In this document: piece after piece, positions 25,529-33,139 of the stretch
Layout of the letters: each line of letters starts with the position of its first letter
How positions within the stretch are numbered: the first letter of the stretch is position 1
Source of the DNA: a virus
IMG/VR virus record: IMGVR_UViG_3300035670_000130
Location: 1-64,000 of that record
Direction: 5' to 3' (one strand)
DNA length: 64,000 nucleotides
Notes under the pieces: generated by a model
Databases searched by the model: none
What the model was told of the DNA's origin: nothing
What the model saw: only the letters and a program-made list of their open reading frames with translations
Program-made: the position numbers and the translations under genes

Positions 25529-28271
25529 CTAAAGGTGCATCACCATCAACAATAATTGTATTTCGTGGATTAGTCACTTGCTCAAAAGCCCCAGTGGCTG
25601 CGTCAACAATATCGTTTACCCTTGGCCGGCGCATACCATCGAAGGACTCTACTGCCGACAGGAATTCACCATTCCAGTCGCCTCTAATCAGAAAAACATA
25701 GCCGAGTCTCGCCTGAGTTGCGAGCGGCAAAGCCCTTTGCAACTTAGACTTATCTGGTTTAATTGCCTTGACATCGTAGCGAACATCAAGCTTTTCAATC
25801 TCCTTGGCAAAGGACTCTTCAACGATCTTGCCAGATGCTCCACCTTCCAATTCAAACCTGATCTTTGTCCTGACTCCATCAGCGATTGCACATCCCCTGA
25901 TCGGGCCGATCACTTCACCTCCTTTTACCTGCATAACTTGCAAGTCGAAGATGTAAATATTGGTGCCAATCATGCCCATCAGGCAACCTGCCGTAGAGCA
26001 ACTATCACTGCCTGCGTCCTCTCTTGCGGTGGCCGCCAAATCCCAAAATCTAATTTTAATGAGGGGTTCTCTCGGCAACTCTTCATAGTCAATAATCTGA
26101 AACCAGTTTCGATCAAAGACGATCCCAGCATCATGTCGGATTTTCCAGTTACCAAACAATAACCGTTGCTTCTCAACCTCCTCCAGGGAATTGAGATTGG
26201 ACAGATACTGCGGGTTGACCCGTAGCAACGCTGGGTTATCAAAAATACTAGCGGCAATAAAACTAAAGCTTTTGACCATATCGTCAAAAGTCACAAGTCC
26301 ATTAGATGCCTCGACCACCGGGGCTAAACTGTCGTAATGCTCCTCGATCAAAGCCTCCTTGGTGTCATCCCAATGAACCTGATTATTCAATCGCACGAAA
26401 TATCTTGTGACACCGCTTCTCTCTGGAATTGGATAACCAGTCTCCGGGTTCCACCACCATTGAATAAAATTAGCAACCCAAGAGTCTGCATCTGGGTTCA
26501 TCGTCGCCCGCACCTGGGGTTTTACTCCGCAACCAGAACGATTCCGGGAAAGCATATAAAAAAAACTCTCTTCACTAAAATGACACAATTCGTCAAAACC
26601 AATCCGTGCGAACTGCGCTCCCTGATATTCGTAAACCGTGTCTTCATGTCTAATATGACGAAAGGCTATCTGACTGTTGTATTTCTCCCAACGCCAAGTA
26701 GGGGGCTTACTCACGAACCTCCCACCAATATTGCGATACAAGTTCTTTGACTCATCCACCAACCCACCAGGATTAGTCAACTCGGGATAACTCTTCCTGA
26801 AAATTACGCAATTATATCCTATGGACTTAATATACTTTTGTTTAGCACTATCCAACAATAGAAATAGGCTGTTATGCGTTGTGTTGTAGCCGTCGCAAAC
26901 ATAAAGCCTGTTTGGATTGCTGACGACAATACATCTTGCGAAGTCAACATCGGTCGGCTCAATACTGACAAGTCCTTTTCCCGGCCATGAATTACCACCA
27001 TTGAACTGACCATGCGCCAACGCCTTCTCTCTTTTTCTTGGAAGAGAGAATAGCAGTTCAAGATGGTTTCCCTGAACAAACACAGTATAGGCAAGTTTTC
27101 CTTCTCTTTTTTCGCCGCAGTGGGTATAACACGGAGTTCGACTACCAATCCTTGCCATATAGCCAAGGCTTCTCACAAGATCCGAGACCTGCTCCGCAAG
27201 TCTAGGGCTTGTTGTAGTGTAAGAAACCTCTCGTTTTCCAACATCACCAACGGTTCCATCGGTGTCAAACAACCCTTGTGCAAGGTTATAGCGAAACTCA
27301 AGCGGAGCGGATAGGTAACCTTCGCTGAATTCCTTATCCCAGCACCTAACACCACGGTATCTATTGTTATGAACCCAAGCCTTAAACCATGGAACCCTCG
27401 TCAAATGAACCTGGGTAATCGGCAGATAGCCGTCTTGAACCGGCGGAATAGTTTTTTGAGCAGCCCCCTCTCCGGCAATTTCCTTGACCTTTTCAGCTAT
27501 AAAGTCATCAGTGGTAGTCAGTATAAAACTGCCGCCCCTCTCTTCCCCAAAATGACCATCACCAATCATCGCACCATAGACATAGGCTCTTTCGTTGTCC
27601 CTAAACGATCTTGCGGTAAATTGCAACGGAGCGTTTATCGGAAAAATAAACCTTCGTCCTTTTTTTGTTTCATTGATCAACCACTTGGTATCCCGGACTC
27701 TGGCTCTGGTAATGTAATTCTTGTTCCAGCCACGGGGGTCGAGATTTGAATAAACAAAATTCTCGCCATTGCAGGTTTTCCGTCTACTATTACACCGAGC
27801 TTCCCAAAACGACCACAGGTGATCCTCTGTAGCCTCTACCGACGTACCATCTTCAAATGTAAGCAAATAAAATTGCATCATTCCCCGATCTTGTATTTGC
27901 AATACCTCTTGGTATTGCCCGTCGGGATTCATTATTTTTTCGCCAACAGTTAAGTCAGAAAAGTCGATCCATTTACCATCCCAGCGCAAAACCTTAGTAT
28001 CCAAACCGGCAACGACATCTGGCACGGAGGACAATTCGACACCATGTCTTATGGCGTAGCCAAGCTTGGCACACCTATTTGCCTTACCGCTACCCGCAGC
28101 CCCGCCCACAAAAAGAACATCCGCCTCATGATGATACATCTGCTCTTGCTTGCCGGGTTGAGGCGGAGGCAGAGTCCAGTCGGCACCGGATCGGGAATCC
28201 GCCTTTGACTTATTGGCTGCCCCGATCCGCCGCTGGTTTTTAAGATTGAGTCGGCTGGTTAATGCGTTCAT
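25479..28271 (-). CDS. terL: Terminase large subunit, interrupted by an intein
   Basis: ATG 28271 (MNALTSRL). The Walker A FVGGAAGSGK is split from SLFLLLDSAKQKY...VIFRKSYPEL by about 404 aa. The C-terminal nuclease half includes IRFWDLAAT and GDWN. Confidence 0.85.
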   Translation of the reverse strand: MNALTSRLNLKNQRRIGAANKSKADSRSGADWTLPPPQPGKQEQMYHHEADVLFVGGAAGSGKANRCAKLGYAIRHGVELSSVPDVVAGLDTKVLRWDGKWIDFSDLTVGEKIMNPDGQYQEVLQIQDRGMMQFYLLTFEDGTSVEATEDHLWSFWEARCNSRRKTCNGENFVYSNLDPRGWNKNYITRARVRDTKWLINETKKGRRFIFPINAPLQFTARSFRDNERAYVYGAMIGDGHFGEERGGSFILTTTDDFIAEKVKEIAGEGAAQKTIPPVQDGYLPITQVHLTRVPWFKAWVHNNRYRGVRCWDKEFSEGYLSAPLEFRYNLAQGLFDTDGTVGDVGKREVSYTTTSPRLAEQVSDLVRSLGYMARIGSRTPCYTHCGEKREGKLAYTVFVQGNHLELLFSLPRKREKALAHGQFNGGNSWPGKGLVSIEPTDVDFARCIVVSNPNRLYVCDGYNTTHNSLFLLLDSAKQKYIKSIGYNCVIFRKSYPELTNPGGLVDESKNLYRNIGGRFVSKPPTWRWEKYNSQIAFRHIRHEDTVYEYQGAQFARIGFDELCHFSEESFFYMLSRNRSGCGVKPQVRATMNPDADSWVANFIQWWWNPETGYPIPERSGVTRYFVRLNNQVHWDDTKEALIEEHYDSLAPVVEASNGLVTFDDMVKSFSFIAASIFDNPALLRVNPQYLSNLNSLEEVEKQRLLFGNWKIRHDAGIVFDRNWFQIIDYEELPREPLIKIRFWDLAATAREDAGSDSCSTAGCLMGMIGTNIYIFDLQVMQVKGGEVIGPIRGCAIADGVRTKIRFELEGGASGKIVEESFAKEIEKLDVRYDVKAIKPDKSKLQRALPLATQARLGYVFLIRGDWNGEFLSAVESFDGMRRPRVNDIVDAATGAFEQVTNPRNTIIVDGDAPLVGYSSGTVKTNHSVYL
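26871..28082 (-). mobile_element. Intein with LAGLIDADG homing endonuclease in the terL P-loop (candidate class 3)
   Basis: Removing A78-N481 restores GGAAGSGK|SLFLLL. Block B is ATEDHLW and the C-terminus is YVCDGYNTTHN|S. LAGLIDADG motifs are YVYGAMIGDGHF and LAQGLFDTDGTV. The Trp (B12), Cys (ARCIVV, F4) and Thr (TTHN, G5) fit the class-3 WCT triad. The exact N-junction is uncertain: a block-A-like AGLDTKVL occurs 24 aa further in. Confidence 0.75.
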
Positions 28272-28545
28272 CTGGAATAGTGGACACAAAGGCACATAGG
28301 CTCTGCGTATCAAAAGGATCTGTTACGGGGGCTTGCAGTCCCAGTAGTTCCTCAATCAGTTTATTTACGGATGCGACTACACGCTCAAAAGACTCGACCG
28401 CAGAAATAGCTGAAACATGCAAAACCGCATTGTCTAACGACTCCAACGCAGTCTTGGTGGCAGATACAGCTTTAATTAACTCGGATCGAAGCGGTTCATC
28501 AACAACTGACAGGTTTTCAATCAAACGCTGATACTCTTCTTGCAC
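28240..28545 (-). CDS. Hypothetical protein upstream of terL (small terminase candidate by position only)
   Basis: 101 aa, GTG start with a GGGGGGA SD. It overlaps the terL start. Confidence 0.5.
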   Translation of the reverse strand: MQEEYQRLIENLSVVDEPLRSELIKAVSATKTALESLDNAVLHVSAISAVESFERVVASVNKLIEELLGLQAPVTDPFDTQSLCAFVSTIPDERINQPTQS

Positions 28546-28584
28546 AAATCCCCCCTAGACAAATAGAAATTACATATAAGATAA

Positions 28585-28613
28585 ATAATAGACAGATCAA
28601 GCTTGTTTGTCAA
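28585..28613 (-). promoter_or_regulatory. Sigma70-type promoter (TTGACA-17-TATTAT)
   Basis: The reverse complement reads TTGACAaacaagcttgatctgtcTATTAT, about 40 nt upstream of the 28545 start. Confidence 0.55.
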
Positions 28614-28652
28614 TATTTTGTTGTAGGATGAAAAAAAGCTATATTGATCGTC

Positions 28653-29408
28653 ATGACCAAGAACGTCAAATCAAGTGGATGGGCACCTCCCCAGCATTTC
28701 AAGCAAATAACCGCCAACCACCACAGGCTGATCAAATCAATAATCAATTCTCCCATAACAATAGTCAACGGGCCACCAGGAAGCCTAAAGACGTACCTAG
28801 CGGTAGAGACTGGAATCCGCTTAATTAAAAATAGGCAGTATGAGAAATTCCTGTATGTCAGGCAAAATATCCAGCGACCAAACGAAAAAGGTCTAGGATT
28901 CAGGCCGGGAGAAGAAGCGGAGAAGCTATCCCCCTTGCTAAAGCCCATCGAGGATAACCTTAACGCAATTATGCCACCTTCGGAGCTTGAGTACGAGTTG
29001 CGAATAAGACGAATAGAGGGGAGCGACATGGAAATGCTGCGTGGTAGATCCCCGCTGAACACGGTGATTTTTGCCGACGAGTGCCAAAACATGGACTTAA
29101 ACGCACTCAAGTGTGTAATGACCAGGCTAAGCGAGTCAAGCAAGCTGATTTTAGCGGGGGACTTCAGGGGTCAACGGGATCTGCTAGGCAGGGAATTTGA
29201 CGCATTTGAGCTTGTTTGTCGGCATTTCAGTAATACCAGCGGGGTGAATGTGATTACTTTGGGCGAACACGACATCCTAAGAAATCCGCTAATTATAGAC
29301 ATCATTCGTGGCTTTGAATCAATAGAGAGCAAATATTACCCCAGTCACTACGGACAGGCAGACAACAATAGTTGCGAAAGCACAACAGAGGGACTAGAAT
29401 CTTTCTAA
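28653..29408 (+). CDS. phoH: PhoH-like ATPase (atypical P-loop)
   Basis: ATG 28653. NGPPGSLKTYLAV compares with canonical GPAGTGKTYLA. Walker B is VIFADECQNM. The overall PhoH layout is present. Confidence 0.8.
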   Translation: MTKNVKSSGWAPPQHFKQITANHHRLIKSIINSPITIVNGPPGSLKTYLAVETGIRLIKNRQYEKFLYVRQNIQRPNEKGLGFRPGEEAEKLSPLLKPIEDNLNAIMPPSELEYELRIRRIEGSDMEMLRGRSPLNTVIFADECQNMDLNALKCVMTRLSESSKLILAGDFRGQRDLLGREFDAFELVCRHFSNTSGVNVITLGEHDILRNPLIIDIIRGFESIESKYYPSHYGQADNNSCESTTEGLESF

Positions 29409-29448
29409 TGCTTTAAATCCAAAATACAAATACAAAATTTAAGAAAAC

Positions 29449-30468
29449 ATGAAAAAAGCGGCACTCTTTAACCCCAACGCCACCGATGACAACTTGAAAC
29501 TGTGGAACGGCGAGACAACCAATCTTATGTTGCTCGACAAGCCGCAATTTGGCTGGGCACTACAGGTCTACAACCAGATGCGAGAGTGTTTTTGGATCCC
29601 ACAACGCACGGACTTAACCGCAGACATCAACGACTACAATAACCTACTGGAGCAAGAGCAAAAGGCGTTCAACGGAATCCTTTCATATCTTATCTACCTA
29701 GACAGTATTCAGGAGACGATGTTGCCCAATATTGGGGACATTATGAGTGCGCCAGCGGTACGACATTGTATAGCCGAGCAGACTTTTTTCGAGGGCATCC
29801 ATAGCGAGTCTTATAAATATATCGTTGAGTCCCTATTACCAGTAGAAGACCGCAATATAATTTACGACTTTTGGCGCACGGACGAGACGCTTAAAAAGCG
29901 TTGCATCAACATCTTGGACTACTATCAAACCTACCTAGACAGTCGAAGCGACGAGGACTATTTCTATGCTCTATTCGCCGATTATCTGCTAGAAGGACTC
30001 TATTTTTACAACGGCTTTATCTACTTCTACACCCTATCCACCCGTCAGTTGATGAACGGCAGTGCCGATATTATCAAACTTATTAACAGGGACGAACGTA
30101 TCCACGTCTATTTGTTCCAGAAGATATTAACTGAGGGTATTAAGGAGTTTCCGCACTCGAAGGACAAATTGTTGGAGATGGTAAACAGTGCGGTGGAGCA
30201 AGAGATTGAATGGACAAACCATATTACCGACGACAGTATCCTTGGCATCACCGCTGATAGCACTGAGCAATATACCAAGTACCTGGCTGATTTGAGGTTA
30301 CGGGCTATTGGTTTGGAACCGATTTATGGACAGGCTAGGAACCCGTATAAGCATTTGGAGAAAGTGGCTGACGTAGATGGCGAAGCTGGAACGAAGGCTA
30401 ACTTTTTTGAAACCACCGTTTCCAGCTATCAGATGAGCAGTGTTATTGAGGGTTGGGACGAAATCTAG
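29449..30468 (+). CDS. nrdB: Ribonucleotide reductase class I beta (R2) subunit
   Basis: 339 aa. Di-iron/tyrosyl motifs are FFEGIHSESYKYI, LEGLYFYNGF and NRDERIHV. Confidence 0.85.
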   Translation: MKKAALFNPNATDDNLKLWNGETTNLMLLDKPQFGWALQVYNQMRECFWIPQRTDLTADINDYNNLLEQEQKAFNGILSYLIYLDSIQETMLPNIGDIMSAPAVRHCIAEQTFFEGIHSESYKYIVESLLPVEDRNIIYDFWRTDETLKKRCINILDYYQTYLDSRSDEDYFYALFADYLLEGLYFYNGFIYFYTLSTRQLMNGSADIIKLINRDERIHVYLFQKILTEGIKEFPHSKDKLLEMVNSAVEQEIEWTNHITDDSILGITADSTEQYTKYLADLRLRAIGLEPIYGQARNPYKHLEKVADVDGEAGTKANFFETTVSSYQMSSVIEGWDEI

Positions 30469-30473
30469 CCGTT

Positions 30474-30929
30474 GTTTCAGTCCCGATCACCGGGATTAAC
30501 CTTTTGATCGACTTGATCGCTTTCCCAAAAAATGGGTTTTTTTACAAGTTTCAGTCCTGATCACCGGGATTACCCTTTTGATCGGATTACTCTCTAATGT
30601 TTCAGTCCCGATCACCGGGATTAACCTTTTGATCGTTGCCTCTGGACTTCTTATCTTGTTTTCTAATCCACGGTTTCAGTCCCGATCACCGGGATTACCA
30701 TTTTGATCGGATGAATTACTGGATTAAGCCGATTTAATAGAGGCAGTTTCAGTCCAGATCACCGGGATTACCATTTTGATCGGCGACTAAAACTTCGGGG
30801 CTGATGCCCGGAAACTCAGTGTTTCAGTCCCGATCACCGGGATTACCCTTTTGATCGCCACAGTAATTGCTCGGTTCTGCCTGTGTTTAAACGTTTCAGT
30901 CCAGATCACCGGGATTACCCTTTTGATCG
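30474..30929 (-). CRISPR. CRISPR array, 7 repeats of 37 nt and 6 spacers (37, 14, 37, 36, 38, 35 nt)
   Basis: Repeats GTTTCAGTCCCGATCACCGGGATTA(A/C)C(C/A)TTTTGATCG occur at 30474, 30548, 30599, 30673, 30746, 30821 and 30893. There is an internal 5-bp hairpin TCCCG-ATCAC-CGGGA. The strand is inferred: the minus-strand reading ends ...GGGACTGAAAC and is co-directional with the nuclease gene. Confidence 0.93.
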
Positions 30930-31026
30930 TCTGGCTTCCCTATCCTTTGCTAGGCAATGATTTGGGATATGATTTTGGCAAACCCCAGCAATATGCAGTT
31001 TTCAAGGTTCAGAGTCGGCAATCAAG

Positions 31027-32706
31027 TTATCCTGTTAAATCCCACAAGCTAAGCTGTATGGATGTTTCGGGGTCTTGGCAAAGGGGGGAGGGTTTTTGCC
31101 CCCGCTTTGATTTGCCAATTTTTGCCGATTCAAAAAACTCCGGTGATCGGGACTCGCTAGTAATCTCTAGCGGTGGGGATGAATCCCCTTCCTGCTGACC
31201 CCCAATGCTATTACTAGACTTATGCGAGGCAGAGGCAGGCTTTTGACTTTCGTCGATTCCCCCAACGAAACTGGGGTATCTTTCCATATTGGAAACCTGT
31301 AAACGGTGCGGATGGAGATTGTGTTTCAGTCCCGATCTTATGGGATGAATTTTATAAGCATTACTCCAATCGGCACGGTTATGAATGTTGATCGCCGCAT
31401 TAATATCAGCATTCATTGAATGCCCGCAGGCGACACAACTAAAACTTGATTGACTTTTGCGGTTCTCCTTTGCAACGTGACCGCAATTAGAACAGGTTTG
31501 GCTGTTGTGGTGAGATCGTACAAGGTGAACTTCATTGTTGATGGTTTTGGCCTTTGCTTCCACCATCACCTTTAATCGTCCACAGGCAACGTCTTTTAGG
31601 GAACGATTTAGCCCCCGCTTCTGTGCTTGATTATTACGGGCATAGCCTTTGCCATCCTCACGGAGTTTGGCTTTAGCTTTGCGTCCCATGTTATTGAAGC
31701 TGTTATCTTCAATGGCAATGCCGCCAAAAGAGGTAACAAAGTAGGTACTTTCCTTGTGCCAGAAAGCATTCCGTTGACGAGCTACCGTTTCGTGGAGTCT
31801 GGCAACTTTTGCTTTTTGCTTCTGATAGTTTTTCCCCTTGACACCTCCGCCTTCCCTTAATCGGCGGGACATTTTTCGCTGTTCCCGGCGTAGCTTTTTA
31901 ATTTGCTTGGATAGGAATTTAGGAGCATCAACTTGCCTACCGTAATCGGTGGAAGTAGCAAACCGAACGCCAGGGTCAATAGCAACAGCAACATCAGGCA
32001 TTTTGACATTAGGAACCGGCCAATCATGGCGAATCGCTAACTGCAAATACCAACCAGTAGCCTTGCGGCAAATTCTGGCAGTGCAAATTTTTGAGTCCTT
32101 GGGGACTCTTTCTAACCCCTTTGTTCTGATATTACCCAGCAAAGGGAATCTGATTCTTGTGTTGCCAGATATTTTTGCCGTGCATTCTCCGTTGCTTAGG
32201 GATGTCAACGGAAATCGCTCGCCCTTGAACTTGGGACATTTGGCGTTAACCCGTTTTTTATCCTTGTAAGCTTTCCATGACTCTAGCAAATCATCTCCGA
32301 TCCCACCCTTGAACCGAGTACAGAAATTATCTAGCTGGGTTGCTCGATAAATTACAGACCGTGGCGCACCGTCCACATTTTGCGGATGGCGAATTGAGCA
32401 GGCTGGGTAATGTTCGTTGTGACGACGGTTGTAAGCAGTAATTGCACAACAGGCACCAAACACAGCTTTTCCGTCAACTTTATTTGGAAACCACTGCCAA
32501 GCCTCGTTGCCCTCCATCGGGTCAAATCCTGCTTTTTTCCGCCAGTCCTGTTGGTCTTTCTCCAACAAAACCGCCAAGCCATTATTCCAAACCCTACGCC
32601 CCCGGTCTAACCAGTCCGTCAGCGTTCTAGCTTGAGACTGGTTTGGATAAAGCTTGAACTCCAAGGTCTTGATTGGTCGCTTGTCGCCTGATTCCTTGCG
32701 GGGCAT
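31027..32706 (-). CDS. tnpB: TnpB/Cas12-family RNA-guided nuclease (RuvC D-E-D intact, zinc ribbon), CRISPR-adjacent
   Basis: 559 aa from ATG 32706 (MPRKESGDKRPIKTLEFKLYPNQSQARTL). RuvC-I is VAVAIDPGV and RuvC-II is GGIAIEDNSFNNM. The zinc ribbon is CSNCGH...FSCVACGH and RuvC-III is NADINAAINI. The track ORF extends to 32823, but that extension lacks family signal. The last ~120 aa are low complexity and overlap repeat-like RNA elements. Confidence 0.88.
   Translation of the reverse strand: MPRKESGDKRPIKTLEFKLYPNQSQARTLTDWLDRGRRVWNNGLAVLLEKDQQDWRKKAGFDPMEGNEAWQWFPNKVDGKAVFGACCAITAYNRRHNEHYPACSIRHPQNVDGAPRSVIYRATQLDNFCTRFKGGIGDDLLESWKAYKDKKRVNAKCPKFKGERFPLTSLSNGECTAKISGNTRIRFPLLGNIRTKGLERVPKDSKICTARICRKATGWYLQLAIRHDWPVPNVKMPDVAVAIDPGVRFATSTDYGRQVDAPKFLSKQIKKLRREQRKMSRRLREGGGVKGKNYQKQKAKVARLHETVARQRNAFWHKESTYFVTSFGGIAIEDNSFNNMGRKAKAKLREDGKGYARNNQAQKRGLNRSLKDVACGRLKVMVEAKAKTINNEVHLVRSHHNSQTCSNCGHVAKENRKSQSSFSCVACGHSMNADINAAINIHNRADWSNAYKIHPIRSGLKHNLHPHRLQVSNMERYPSFVGGIDESQKPASASHKSSNSIGGQQEGDSSPPLEITSESRSPEFFESAKIGKSKRGQKPSPLCQDPETSIQLSLWDLTG
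31126..31154 (-). ncRNA. Inverted degenerate copy of the CRISPR repeat (candidate tracrRNA/omega-RNA anti-repeat)
   Basis: The plus strand cgattcaaaaaactCCGGTGATCGGGACT compares with the reverse-complement repeat cgatcaaaaggttaatcCCGGTGATCGGGACTgaaac. There is a 15-nt perfect core (31140-31154) plus a flanking CGAT.CAAAA match. The loop sequence (GTGAT versus ATCAC) shows that the copy is truly inverted. Confidence 0.6.
31323..31359 (-). repeat. Degenerate direct copy of the CRISPR repeat inside the nuclease CDS
   Basis: The plus strand GTTTCAGTCCCGATCttatGGGATgaaTTTTaTaag shares its first 15 nt with the array repeats and is in the same orientation. It encodes ...IRSGLKHN... on the other strand. 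Confidence 0.6.
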
Positions 32707-32756
32707 GGCAGAGAGCCGGTAAAATGAACGTAAACACACAATAGCATACCGGCAAT

Positions 32757-32903
32757 ATGAACGGCAAGCCCAAACGAGAAAAAAGGGTAGAGATAAGGTT
32801 GAATGACGCTGAATACAAGGCACTCAGCGATTACGCTCAATCCAAGAACATGGCGATTGCCGAAGTGTTGCGGGATTTTGTAAAGAGGTTGATCAATGAT
32901 TGA
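32757..32903 (+). CDS. Ribbon-helix-helix (CopG/MobC-like) protein, 48 aa
   Basis: Below the track size cut-off. My translation is MNGKPKREKRVEIRLNDAEYKALSDYAQSKNMAIAEVLRDFVKRLIND, a beta-strand followed by two helices in the RHH pattern. It is divergent from the nuclease gene, 50 bp away. Its stop overlaps the next ATG. Confidence 0.65.
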   Translation: MNGKPKREKRVEIRLNDAEYKALSDYAQSKNMAIAEVLRDFVKRLIND

Positions 32904-33108
32904 ATCTGACATTCAAGAAATCAAGAAACTGGCGAAGGACATTACTACTCAGCTAGACCGCATAGAATCGTCCCTGGAAGCGACCAAGGACACAAAGACG
33001 ACAAAACCTACCTGGAGCAAATTTAAACACCTCGCAAACAGCTACATCTTCCCAGCAGTCATCGGGCTGGGACTCGGAATAATCTTTGTTACCCTACTGT
33101 TCCAATAA
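32896..33108 (+). CDS. Small tail-anchored membrane protein
   Basis: 70 aa with a coiled-coil N-terminus and a C-terminal TM segment, YIFPAVIGLGLGIIFVTLLF. It is translationally coupled to the RHH gene. Confidence 0.6.
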   Translation: MIESDIQEIKKLAKDITTQLDRIESSLEATKDTKTTKPTWSKFKHLANSYIFPAVIGLGLGIIFVTLLFQ

Positions 33109-33139
33109 GCACCAGCGGGAAAGTGGCATAATCAACCCG

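Noticed and set aside
30851-31198. 115-aa plus-strand ORF from the track
   Set aside because: It reads straight through two CRISPR repeats, a spacer and the leader-like region, and it lies antisense to the nuclease 3' end. It is an artefact of the repeat sequence, not a gene.
32707-32912. N-terminal extension of the nuclease ORF to 32823, and the 97-aa and 63-aa minus-strand ORFs at 32619-32912
   Set aside because: The extension (MPCIQRHSTLSLPFFLVWACRSY...) has no TnpB-family signal. The family's conserved N-terminus (K.LEFKLYPN..Q) starts right after the ATG at 32706. The region is better explained by the plus-strand RHH gene and the divergent promoter.
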